Virus record (IMG/VR): IMGVR_UViG_3300025870_000008
Coordinates: 16,843-80,842 of that record
Direction: 5' to 3' (one strand)
Origin: a virus
DNA length: 64,000 bases
The notes below the pieces were generated by a model, which was not told the origin of the DNA, ran no database searches, and saw only the letters and a list, made by a program, of their open reading frames with translations. Position numbers and translations under genes: made by a program. Below, piece after piece: positions 14,420-24,045 of this stretch (position 1 is its first letter; the number at the start of each line of letters is the position of its first letter).

Positions 14420-16275
14420 GCTGGGAAAAAGGCAATCAAAAAAGAAACGAAAAAATCGACATTAATTCTTTAATTAGGTCGAAAGAAGGGTTTTTACCTG
14501 AGAAGGAGGCTAAACTTCTTTTGTATCAATTCTTGCGAGAAAATGTCACATTTACCACTAACCTTTTAGCTGGAGTGGATTTATTTCCTTTTCAGCACAT
14601 GGCGGTTAAATCGATGTTTGAATCTGATTATTTCTTGGGCATATGGTCTAGAGGTATGTCCAAGTCTTGGACAACGGGGATTTTTGCATTTATGGATGCT
14701 ATTATGAATCAAGGTGTTGACATAGGAATATTATCAAAATCCTTTAGGCAAGCCAAAATGATTTTTAAAAAAATTGAAGATATAGCTGCAAAACCTGAAG
14801 CTAAATATTTATCCAACTGCATTACAAGAGTATCAAAACAAAACGATGAGTGGGTAATGGAAATTGGTGAAAGTTCAATACGGGCACTGCCCTTGGGGGA
14901 CGGATCGAAATTAAGAGGTTTTAGGTTTCACAGGATTATCATTGACGAAATGCTATTGATGCCAGAAAGAGTTTATAATGAAGTTATCGTACCGTTTCTG
15001 TCTGTAGTGCAAAACCCAAAAGAAAGAGAGGATATGCACAATTTAGAAACAAAACTTATCTCAGAAGGAAAAATGAAAGAAGAAGATAGGTATAAATGGC
15101 CGAACAATAAACTAATAATGCTATCTTCTGCCAGTTACAAGTTTGAATACCTCTACAAACTATACGAAAATTTTGAAAATCTTATCGTTAAAGAGGGGCA
15201 AACTGGAGGAGCGTCTCGATCTATAATGCACTTTTCATACGATTGTGCTCCCAAGCAGTTATACGATCAAAATCTAGTTGAACAAGCTAGATCCACAATG
15301 AGTCAGAGTCAATATGATAGAGAATTTGGTGCGGTATTCACAGATGACAGTTCTGGATATTTCAAGATATCGACGATGGAGAGGTGCACGGTAAAAGAGG
15401 GCGATAGCCCTCATGTAGAAGTAAAGGGTAGCGAAAATGATTCGTATATAATTTCTTTCGATCCAAGTTGGGCGGAATCAGAAAGCTCTGATGATTTTGC
15501 TATACAAGTGTTTAAAATACATAAAAAATCGAACCAAGCTACTTTGGTTCATGTATATGCAATGGCTGGAGAAAATTTAAAAAATCATATTAATTATTTT
15601 CATTATTTACTAACTAGTTTTAATGTGGTTGCTATGGTGGGAGATTACAATGGCGGTGTCCAATTTATCAATGCTGTAAAAGAAAGCTCTTTATTTAAAT
15701 CTTCAAATATAAAATTAAATATAATCGAGACAGAGTTTGATGATCTAGAAAATTATCAAAAATCTTTAATGTCCGCTAAGAGGGAATTTTCCAAAGATGG
15801 CATTCCGTGTTGCCTTAGGAAACCTACTTCCGAATGGATTAGAAGGGCAAACGAATTACTACAAGCTAATTTTGATCATCGAAGAGTATGGTTTGCATCG
15901 CAAGCGGTCGATGATAGTTTTCAATCTCAAAGAAGAAAGAAAGTACCGATCAAAAATTTGCGATTCATGAATTTTACAGATGTTGACGAGAATCAATCTG
16001 AAGGAGCTAGAATGATTGACTTCATAGAGCATCAACAAGAAATGATAATATATACAAAATCTCAATGCGCTCTAATAGAAGTTAGATCCTCACCCCAAGG
16101 AACACAAACTTTTGATTTACCTTTAACACTGAAAAAAACCACTGGGCCTAGTAAGGTAAGAAAAGACTGCTACTCGGCTCTGATTCTAGGATCTTGGATG
16201 GTTAAAATTTACAACGATATTAATAATTCAAAAGAAGAAGCTTTTAATAGCTTTGTTCCAATGTTTATAAAGTAA
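14416..16275 (+). CDS. terL: terminase large subunit
   Basis: SRGMSKS Walker A, LRGFRF...IIIDE Walker B, REF.A.F, RNase H-like SFDPS and KDCYSAL; precedes the portal gene. Confidence 0.9.
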   Translation: MSWEKGNQKRNEKIDINSLIRSKEGFLPEKEAKLLLYQFLRENVTFTTNLLAGVDLFPFQHMAVKSMFESDYFLGIWSRGMSKSWTTGIFAFMDAIMNQGVDIGILSKSFRQAKMIFKKIEDIAAKPEAKYLSNCITRVSKQNDEWVMEIGESSIRALPLGDGSKLRGFRFHRIIIDEMLLMPERVYNEVIVPFLSVVQNPKEREDMHNLETKLISEGKMKEEDRYKWPNNKLIMLSSASYKFEYLYKLYENFENLIVKEGQTGGASRSIMHFSYDCAPKQLYDQNLVEQARSTMSQSQYDREFGAVFTDDSSGYFKISTMERCTVKEGDSPHVEVKGSENDSYIISFDPSWAESESSDDFAIQVFKIHKKSNQATLVHVYAMAGENLKNHINYFHYLLTSFNVVAMVGDYNGGVQFINAVKESSLFKSSNIKLNIIETEFDDLENYQKSLMSAKREFSKDGIPCCLRKPTSEWIRRANELLQANFDHRRVWFASQAVDDSFQSQRRKKVPIKNLRFMNFTDVDENQSEGARMIDFIEHQQEMIIYTKSQCALIEVRSSPQGTQTFDLPLTLKKTTGPSKVRKDCYSALILGSWMVKIYNDINNSKEEAFNSFVPMFIK

Positions 16276-16324
16276 CTTTAATTTTACTTTTTAACTTTTA
16301 TGTGTACTATTAATATACACAGCT

Positions 16325-18400
16325 ATGAGCGAAAAAACAAAACGAAAGTACATTAAGAAGTCCCAATACTGGAACAATATTAAAAAAGAAAACCCTCAAT
16401 CAGGCGGCGGGGGAAAACATATAGAGCCTGTTAGCTGCGGGGATAACTACTATATTAGTAATGCTAGTTATAGTAATAGTTTGAAGCCAGAATTTACTTC
16501 GACCACCTCCGCTAGCAATGTAGTCAGCGATGCTTTAAGAAATGTTGACTCTTCCACTACGAGAACTAGAGGCAGAGCTGGAATCAAGAATTTAGCTCAT
16601 AAATATAAAAATATTTCTGATGGAGTACTACCTTATAATGTAAGCTCTGACGGTGTAGATGTTCGGGAGAGTATTGAGTTATGCCAAAAAGCATATGCCA
16701 ATATACCTATATTTAGAAACGCTATAGATGTTATGTCTGAGTTTTCAAATTCTGAAATATATCTTGAAGGCGGCAGTGAAAGTGCTAGAAATTTTATATA
16801 CAAATGGTTTGAGAAAATAAACTTATGGAAATTAAAAGATCAGTATTTTAGAGAATATTATAGATCTGGAAATATATTTTTATATAGAATTGATGGGACT
16901 TTTAATAAAAATGATATTATTAATTTAAATAAAGTTTATGGAGCTGAATATAATAAATATCTAAACCCTGGTAAAATACCAGTAAGATATATACTACTCA
17001 ATCCTTACGATATATCTTCAAATAGAGCAACTTCGTTTGAATCAGGAGCGTATAAAAAAGTTTTATCAGAATACGAGTTAGAAAGGTTAAAAAACCCTAC
17101 AACTCAAGAAGACCAGGATATATTCGATTCGCTAGACGATAAAACAAAAAAATTGATAAAAAAAGGTGGGTTTCATAGAACTGGAGTGTTAATGCCTCTA
17201 GATCCAGAAAAGTTAATATACTCGTTTTACAAAAAACAAGATTACGAACCTTTTGCTGTACCATTTGGGTTTCCAGTTTTAGATGACTTGAATTGGAAAA
17301 TAGAGCTTAAAAAAATTGATCAAGCAATTAGCAGAACTATTGAAAATGTAGTACTATTAATTACTATGGGAGCTGAACCTGACAAAGGAGGGGTCAACCC
17401 GCATAGTTTAACTGCTATGCAATGTTTGTTTCAAAACGAAAGTGTTGGTAGGGTGTTAGTCAGCGACTATACAACAAAAGCAGACTTCGTAATGCCAGAT
17501 GTTAATAAAATTTTAGGCCCTCAAAAATACGAAATAGTCAATCAAGATATTCGAGAGGGCTTGCAAAATATTATAGTAGGTAAAGAAAATTATTCTAGCA
17601 CTCAAATAAAAGCTCAAATATTTTTAGAAAGATTAAAAGAAGCTAGAAATGCATTTATAAATGATTTCATCATGCCGCAGGTAAAAATATTATGCAAAAG
17701 CATGGGTTTTAGAAAATACCCAACGGTTAAATTTCAAGAAATAGATATCAAAGATGAAGTTCAATTCCAAAGAGTGATAACTAGATTGCTAGAGATTGGA
17801 ATTATTACACCTGAGCAGGGTATGAATGCAATTCGAACAGGGTTGTTTCCTCATGCAGACGATTTAGAACAAGCTCAAGAAAAATATATAGAAGATAGAG
17901 AAAAGGGGATGTATAATCCTTTAGTTGGCGGAGTACCTTTGGTTGAAGCTGCAGGGGCTGAAGAGGATCGGGGATTACAAAAACAACAAATAAAAGAATC
18001 AACCAAACAGCAGAAAATAAACCAAAACAAGCCAGAGCAACAAGCTGTGAAAAAAGAGCCTGGCAGACCTACGGGAGCTACAGCAAGTAAAAATTATTCA
18101 AGAAAAAATATTCAAAATATTATTTATGAAATAGAAAAATTACGATCATTAGCTTCTGATAAGATTAAAAAAACTCATAAAGTTAAAAGGCTAAACAAAG
18201 AACAAAATAAAATTATAGATACTCTTACGGAATCTATAGTTATATCAACTCAAAAAACAGAATGGGGTAAACAATTAGATAGTTGTATAAAAAAACCAGA
18301 AACCTTAGAAAAGCTAAACAGCTTAAGAGAGGTTGCAGAAGTTGGTAGCAAGCACGGCCTTCCCGAGTATCCAGCTGCAATATTATATCACAGCCAATAA
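16325..18400 (+). CDS. portal protein
   Basis: Follows TerL; 691 aa; AY..IPIFRNAID.MSEF and YYRSGN.F portal-type motifs. Confidence 0.8.
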   Translation: MSEKTKRKYIKKSQYWNNIKKENPQSGGGGKHIEPVSCGDNYYISNASYSNSLKPEFTSTTSASNVVSDALRNVDSSTTRTRGRAGIKNLAHKYKNISDGVLPYNVSSDGVDVRESIELCQKAYANIPIFRNAIDVMSEFSNSEIYLEGGSESARNFIYKWFEKINLWKLKDQYFREYYRSGNIFLYRIDGTFNKNDIINLNKVYGAEYNKYLNPGKIPVRYILLNPYDISSNRATSFESGAYKKVLSEYELERLKNPTTQEDQDIFDSLDDKTKKLIKKGGFHRTGVLMPLDPEKLIYSFYKKQDYEPFAVPFGFPVLDDLNWKIELKKIDQAISRTIENVVLLITMGAEPDKGGVNPHSLTAMQCLFQNESVGRVLVSDYTTKADFVMPDVNKILGPQKYEIVNQDIREGLQNIIVGKENYSSTQIKAQIFLERLKEARNAFINDFIMPQVKILCKSMGFRKYPTVKFQEIDIKDEVQFQRVITRLLEIGIITPEQGMNAIRTGLFPHADDLEQAQEKYIEDREKGMYNPLVGGVPLVEAAGAEEDRGLQKQQIKESTKQQKINQNKPEQQAVKKEPGRPTGATASKNYSRKNIQNIIYEIEKLRSLASDKIKKTHKVKRLNKEQNKIIDTLTESIVISTQKTEWGKQLDSCIKKPETLEKLNSLREVAEVGSKHGLPEYPAAILYHSQ

Positions 18401-18422
18401 TTTATTGTGTACAAGTTGAATA

Positions 18423-19007
18423 ATGAAGAATTTTATTACTATTGACTTATCAAACTTAATAAACGAAAAAGATTTATTCTGCAAAGACTGTGGAAACTCT
18501 GAAGAAATATCCATGGAGTCATGGGCAGAAGAAAAAAATAAAGGTAAAACATTAAACAAGCCCTTTAGAACCCCAAAGGGTCCAAAAAAGTTTTCAGTAT
18601 ATGTGAAAAACGAAAAGGGTAACATTGTTAAGGTTAACTTTGGAGATCCCAATATGTCAATAAAGCGAGATAGTCCAGAAAGAAGAAAGTCTTTCAGGGC
18701 TCGGCATAACTGCGCTAATCCTGGACCAAAAACAAAAGCTAGGTATTGGTCTTGCAGGCAGTGGAGAGCTGGCTCAAAAGTCGAAGGTTCGGATAAAAGT
18801 TTTTCAGAAGAAGATCTTGAGAAGCTATTATTAGAAGAGCTAGACGAGTCAGAAGCTAAAGACAGTAAACCAGGATTGTGGGAAAATATTAGAAAAAAGA
18901 AAAAAAGGGAGGGAAAAAATTACCAACCAGCAAAACCTGGAGATAAAGATAGGCCGTCAAAAGATGCTTACAAAAAAGCTCAAAAATCTAAAAAGGATAA
19001 AAAATAA
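18423..19007 (+). CDS. basic conserved viral protein
   Basis: VNFGDPNM...RRKSFRARHNC...ARYWSC.W and GLWENI motifs, widespread in large phages. Confidence 0.75.
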   Translation: MKNFITIDLSNLINEKDLFCKDCGNSEEISMESWAEEKNKGKTLNKPFRTPKGPKKFSVYVKNEKGNIVKVNFGDPNMSIKRDSPERRKSFRARHNCANPGPKTKARYWSCRQWRAGSKVEGSDKSFSEEDLEKLLLEELDESEAKDSKPGLWENIRKKKKREGKNYQPAKPGDKDRPSKDAYKKAQKSKKDKK

Positions 19008-20060
19008 ATGAGTGTTAAAAAAGTTTTCATAAGTGGAATTACTGGTCAAGATGGAAGTAATATGTGCGATTATTTATTGCAAAATCATGATTTAGAAATC
19101 TTTGGCGGTATACGAAGGATAAGTGTTAAAAACTATAAAAATATTAAACACTTAAAAGATAACCCCAAAATAGAACTTGTAAATTTTGATTTAAGTGATC
19201 CTTATAGTATTAGAAATGCTATAGAAAATATTAAACCAGATTACTTTATAAATTTTGCGGCTCAATCTTTCGTGCAGTCTAGTTGGGATTTCCCAATTCA
19301 AACTATGACTGATAATGCGGTCAGTATTACTCATATGTTAGAGTCGATAAGGTTGTTCGCTCCTAAGTGTAGATTTTATAATGCAGGATCTTCCGAAGAG
19401 TTTGGCGATGTAATTTCAGAGATGCAAGACGAAGAGCATCCATTAAGACCGCAATCTCCTTATGGAGCTTCTAAATGTGCCGCGAGGCATATTGTTAGAG
19501 TGTACAGAGAATCTTATGACCTTTATGCTATACAAGGTTGGCTATTCAACCACGAGGGAAGCCGAAGAGGAACAGAGTTTGTAACAAGAAAAATCAGTAA
19601 AAATATAGCTAAATTTGTTTTTGACTTAGAGAATGGAGAAGATCCCAAACACCTAGAACTAGGCAATCTTGACGCGTTAAGAGATTGGACTGATTCTATT
19701 GACTTCATGTCGGGAGTATGGTTAATGCTAAACCAGAAAGCAGACCCTAAGGAGTATGTCCTAGCAAGTGGAAAAACATATTCCATAAGAACTTTTCTAG
19801 AAGAAACTTTAAAACATGCAAAAATAAACTTTAAAACAGAAGGGGAAGGTTTAGAAGAAAAATATTACACTTCAGACGGAAAATTAATTGTATCTATTAA
19901 TCCAGTATTTTATAGACATGCTGAAGTTAAACTTTTATGCGGAAACCCTAAAAAGGCTGAAAAAGAATTGGGTTGGAGAAGAAAAATTAAATTTAAACAG
20001 TTAGTTCGAAAGATGTTTGATAGTGATTATAACTTTTTTAAAAATAGGTGTATATATTAA
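19008..20060 (+). CDS. gmd: GDP-mannose 4,6-dehydratase
   Basis: GITGQDGS, AAQSFV, SSEEFG, SPYGASK, FNHE..RR..EFVTRKI and LGNLDALRDW motifs. Confidence 0.95.
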   Translation: MSVKKVFISGITGQDGSNMCDYLLQNHDLEIFGGIRRISVKNYKNIKHLKDNPKIELVNFDLSDPYSIRNAIENIKPDYFINFAAQSFVQSSWDFPIQTMTDNAVSITHMLESIRLFAPKCRFYNAGSSEEFGDVISEMQDEEHPLRPQSPYGASKCAARHIVRVYRESYDLYAIQGWLFNHEGSRRGTEFVTRKISKNIAKFVFDLENGEDPKHLELGNLDALRDWTDSIDFMSGVWLMLNQKADPKEYVLASGKTYSIRTFLEETLKHAKINFKTEGEGLEEKYYTSDGKLIVSINPVFYRHAEVKLLCGNPKKAEKELGWRRKIKFKQLVRKMFDSDYNFFKNRCIY

Positions 20061-20063
20061 TAT

Positions 20064-21629
20064 ATGAATTTTAAATACAAAACATCATTTTCCGATCATT
20101 TAAAAATAAATAATTTTTTTTCGTCAAACTCTTCTTTTACAAGTCAAGCTTCTATTGATAATCTACAATCTTTGATTCCTGAAGAGATAGATTTTGAAAA
20201 AAATATAGATTTAATTGGAACTGCATTTAACGCTGCAGTTATAAATTCTTTTAATAAAAATGGAGATGGTATCAATACTTCCACAGCAAAACAAATAAAA
20301 GATTTTTTTATTCATAAGCCTACTAATATAGAACACAATAAAAGAAAAGTAGTTGGACATATTATTTCTAGTGGGTATTCAGAATATAACTCCGACAAGA
20401 TACTGGAAGATGTTCCAGATGATTTTTCTGAAAAATTTAACATTGCATTAGGAGCATTGGTTTATTCAAATTCTTTTCCTGAGTTCGCCGATCTTTTACT
20501 TAAATCTAATGATCAAGCTAATACATTATATCACAGTATTTCTGCGAGTTGGGAGCTTGGTTTTAATGAATATCATATTGCTGTTGGCAGTCAAGATTTA
20601 AAAGATGCAGAAATTGTAACCGATTCAAAACAGATTGAAGAGCTAAGTGAATACCTATCGTCTTTTGATGGCGATGGAACTTTAGAAGATGGAACCCCTG
20701 TATTTAGGTTAGTAGTTGGTGAGGTTTATCCTCTTGGAATTGGGTTTACTTCTAATCCCGCTGCAGATGTAAAAGGTTTAATTATTAAAAAAAATAACTC
20801 TGAAAATACAGAGGAGATAGAAGCTGAAAATGAAACTTATAAAAAAAAAGAAATAAAAAAAATTTCCCAAAACGAAAAAATTGATGTAAATAACAATATT
20901 AACCAAATTTCAAATATGCAAAATCAAGAACTCATTGAACAATTTAAGTCTCTCTTAGAGGAAAAAATGCCAGAGCATAATTTCTCTCAAGAGGCAGTTG
21001 CTAATATCGGACGCGTGATTGGAGATGCTATCAAATCCAAAAGCGAACAGTACGAAAAAGAACTTTCCGATATCAACTCCCAAAAAGAGGAGCTTGCTGC
21101 TGTTGAGGCAAAAATGAAAGAAGACATCGAGTCTTTAAAAAGTCAGCTGACAGCTTCCGAAGAAAAAGTGCAAGAGTTAGCCCAACAAATCGAAGCGAAA
21201 CAAAAAGAAGAAGCTTTTAATTCAAGAATGGAACTTATTGAATCAATATACGAATTATCTGCGGATGACAAAACAATGTTAGCTAAAGAAGTTCAAGGTC
21301 TTTCTACTGAAGGTTCTGGTTTTGACGAATATCAAGACAAATTAAAGGTCATGTGGGCTCATAAGAATAAAGAGCATATCACTGAACAAGAAAAACTTTT
21401 CAATGAAAAAGTTGAAGCTGAAATCGCAAAACGCGCTCAAGAAAAAACAAGCTCTAAGGAAGAGGTTGTTGAGAACACTTCGGTAGTTGAAGAAGCTCTT
21501 GCTAATACCGAAGAAGAGCAAAGCGAAGTTTCAACAAACAACAATTTAGAATCTGCAGTTGAAGAACTATCCTTTAGGGAAAAGTTTGCAAACGCATTTG
21601 CTAAAGAAACTGTAACAATTAAATTTTAA
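20064..21629 (+). CDS. prohead protease fused to scaffolding domain
   Basis: NKNGD...PTNIEH...VVGH...ISASWE...PAA protease motifs and an acidic coiled-coil C-terminal half; lies before the MCP. Confidence 0.8.
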   Translation: MNFKYKTSFSDHLKINNFFSSNSSFTSQASIDNLQSLIPEEIDFEKNIDLIGTAFNAAVINSFNKNGDGINTSTAKQIKDFFIHKPTNIEHNKRKVVGHIISSGYSEYNSDKILEDVPDDFSEKFNIALGALVYSNSFPEFADLLLKSNDQANTLYHSISASWELGFNEYHIAVGSQDLKDAEIVTDSKQIEELSEYLSSFDGDGTLEDGTPVFRLVVGEVYPLGIGFTSNPAADVKGLIIKKNNSENTEEIEAENETYKKKEIKKISQNEKIDVNNNINQISNMQNQELIEQFKSLLEEKMPEHNFSQEAVANIGRVIGDAIKSKSEQYEKELSDINSQKEELAAVEAKMKEDIESLKSQLTASEEKVQELAQQIEAKQKEEAFNSRMELIESIYELSADDKTMLAKEVQGLSTEGSGFDEYQDKLKVMWAHKNKEHITEQEKLFNEKVEAEIAKRAQEKTSSKEEVVENTSVVEEALANTEEEQSEVSTNNNLESAVEELSFREKFANAFAKETVTIKF

Positions 21630-21641
21630 CAAAAACGAAAA

Positions 21642-22316
21642 ATGCATAAACTATTACCATTTAGACAATATGATGAAAAAGATGTTATTAATCTTTTCTC
21701 CCTTGAGATTACTAGTGCCGAGAAAGCACTTAAGTATATAAACCTAGTTCCTGGCGGGGAAACCTATTCAACTGGAGCTAACTGGTCTGGTACTGCTGTA
21801 TCAGTTAGATCAACCGACATTGGAAAATTCGGAGGTGACCAACCAGGTAGAGTAAACGATCCTTATTTAGGAGCCATTGGTTCAGGAAACCAAGGCGATT
21901 ATGCATTACAGCAAGGAAGTTTTTACCCAGAAACCCAAGGTAAAATAGCTCTAGCAGCTGACAACGCAGCAGCTCTAGGTATCACTATCAGGCCAACTCT
22001 CGCATGGGACGAAAATGCAACCAAGTTGTTGGATTACCCAGTAAAGAAAGACGAGCTTCAATGTGTGCTTCCTGGAGAAGCAGTGCCTGTAGCCACTAAA
22101 GGATTCTTTACACTTACAGTGGGAACAGCAGCAACTGATTCTGTTGGTATTTGGCATGGTTCAGGAATTGCAGCTGGAGGAATTGTTCCAGGCTCTAAAT
22201 TAAAAGTCTCAAGCAATGGAAAGCTTACTTTGGATGATAGCAAGGTTGTTGTAGCAACAGTTGTTGCCACAGGAAAAAATGCTGGCAAAGATGTTGCCTT
22301 AGTACAAATTGGATAA
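21642..22316 (+). CDS. capsid decoration/cement protein
   Basis: Gly/Ala-rich beta protein (PGEAVPVATKG) between scaffold and MCP. Confidence 0.65.
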   Translation: MHKLLPFRQYDEKDVINLFSLEITSAEKALKYINLVPGGETYSTGANWSGTAVSVRSTDIGKFGGDQPGRVNDPYLGAIGSGNQGDYALQQGSFYPETQGKIALAADNAAALGITIRPTLAWDENATKLLDYPVKKDELQCVLPGEAVPVATKGFFTLTVGTAATDSVGIWHGSGIAAGGIVPGSKLKVSSNGKLTLDDSKVVVATVVATGKNAGKDVALVQIG

Positions 22317-22333
22317 GAAAGGAATTTAAAATT

Positions 22334-23533
22334 ATGAACATTACCTTAAAACGAACACAAGAACAAGTCGAGCTCATTAAGGCTATGGCTTCGAAGAATC
22401 GCAATGTTGCGCATGAAGCCCAAGCTGCCGCCGCAGAGTTTATTGCTCCAGTACTCGCTGAAGTAATAAATAATGCTCCCACGCTGAGCAATATGTTCAC
22501 AAGCTTTACTTTTAATGAAGATGATAACCCTTCTATTCCATTAGATCTTTATCATGATATCACTGATGAAGACTACTTGAATGTATATGTGCAAAATGTA
22601 GCAGGAGGTCTTCCTTCCAACACTGTGATTCCAACGCATAGTGAACTTAAGTTTACTACTTACCGACTGGAAACAGCTCTGGATTTTGATCGTCGATATG
22701 CTGCTCGCTCACGACTTGATGTTGTGAGTAAAACATTCTCCAGGTTAGCTCAAGAGCTCATGCTTAAACAAGAGACAACTTCTGCTAATCTTTTACTCGG
22801 AGTACTTGCAGCTGCACAGACTAATGGTAAGGACCATGTTATTAAATCTGGTGTTGAGAATCGATTTCTTATTGATGATGTTAATCGCTTGATTACACAT
22901 GCTAAGCGTATTAATACAGCTTGGAACAGAGGAACTCCTGTTACCGCTAACCGTGGTGTGACCGACCTCTTGATCTCTCCTGAAATCATGGGTGAAATTC
23001 GCGCAATGGCTTACAACCCAATCAATACTCGTGGTATCGCTGGAAACAATCTTACTGGTACGATTGACGGAACTAGTGCAGCGGCAGGTGATGCAACTAA
23101 AGGCGATCCTGTTACTGTAAGTAACGATTCTGCTGGAGGTGTTATCCCCGCAACCGAGCAAATGCGTAATGCATTGTATCAAAACGCAGGAGCCTCCGAG
23201 CTTTATGGAATCAATTTCACTGAGATTCATGAACTTGGTAAGGGTCAGAGATTCAATGATGTATTCGAATCTTACGATAGCTCAAGTAAGTTTGGACACA
23301 ACGGAAAGTTTAGTAACCATGAGACTACTGGAGACGAGATCATTATTGGTATCGACAGGTCCAGAGAGTCTCTAATGAGAGCTGTATCGACAGACTCAGA
23401 GACAGGAGCAGAATTAAGATTGGCGGCTGATGATCAATATACAGTTCGTCAACAAAAGATTGGTTATTATGGCTCGATTGAAGAAGGAAGAATGGTTCTT
23501 GATTCGCGTGCTATCACTGGTATTGTGGTGTAA
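22334..23533 (+). CDS. major capsid protein
   Basis: 399 aa; synteny; HK97-like C-terminus (IGYYGSIEEG..VLD..AI); followed by a terminator. Confidence 0.85.
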   Translation: MNITLKRTQEQVELIKAMASKNRNVAHEAQAAAAEFIAPVLAEVINNAPTLSNMFTSFTFNEDDNPSIPLDLYHDITDEDYLNVYVQNVAGGLPSNTVIPTHSELKFTTYRLETALDFDRRYAARSRLDVVSKTFSRLAQELMLKQETTSANLLLGVLAAAQTNGKDHVIKSGVENRFLIDDVNRLITHAKRINTAWNRGTPVTANRGVTDLLISPEIMGEIRAMAYNPINTRGIAGNNLTGTIDGTSAAAGDATKGDPVTVSNDSAGGVIPATEQMRNALYQNAGASELYGINFTEIHELGKGQRFNDVFESYDSSSKFGHNGKFSNHETTGDEIIIGIDRSRESLMRAVSTDSETGAELRLAADDQYTVRQQKIGYYGSIEEGRMVLDSRAITGIVV

Positions 23534-23563
23534 TAATTTTACAAAACAAACCGTAACCAAATT

Positions 23564-23593
23564 AAAAAATCCACCTACTCGGTGGATTTTTTT
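23564..23593 (+). terminator. rho-independent terminator after MCP
   Basis: AAAAAATCCACC-TACTC-GGTGGATTTTTTT. Confidence 0.85.
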
Positions 23594-23635
23594 GTTCCCA
23601 GAATTAATATAAAAGTGTAACCATACAATATATCT

Positions 23636-24019
23636 ATGAGCCCAAAAACAAAAAAGAAAACAACAAAAAAAATTGAAAATTTCGCAGATGGTAAAATTCA
23701 AGAAAGAAATCATATCGAAAAAGTAAGAGACCTAGAAGATCTTATGAGGGGATCTTTACATAGTCCATTTAAAATCAAAACCCAGGAAGAATTTGAAAGA
23801 ACAATGGCTTCCATGAATCTTATAGACATGCAAGGCATGGCGGTGGCCGCAGGCATCTTCCCCTCTGGAAACAAAACTACATTAAGAAAAAAATTAAAAA
23901 AAGAATTTGAAAGATACCAAAAGGGTGGTAAGGGTCGAGTGTTTTCGACTACCCAACCAATTGTTGATTACGATAGTTTAAGCGAAGATCAAAAAAAACT
24001 TTTTAATATAAACGGTTAA
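23636..24019 (+). CDS. hypothetical head-region protein
   Basis: 127-aa ORF with a GTGTA motif upstream. Confidence 0.7.
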   Translation: MSPKTKKKTTKKIENFADGKIQERNHIEKVRDLEDLMRGSLHSPFKIKTQEEFERTMASMNLIDMQGMAVAAGIFPSGNKTTLRKKLKKEFERYQKGGKGRVFSTTQPIVDYDSLSEDQKKLFNING

Positions 24020-24045
24020 ATCTGACTATACCATGCGGATAAGAT

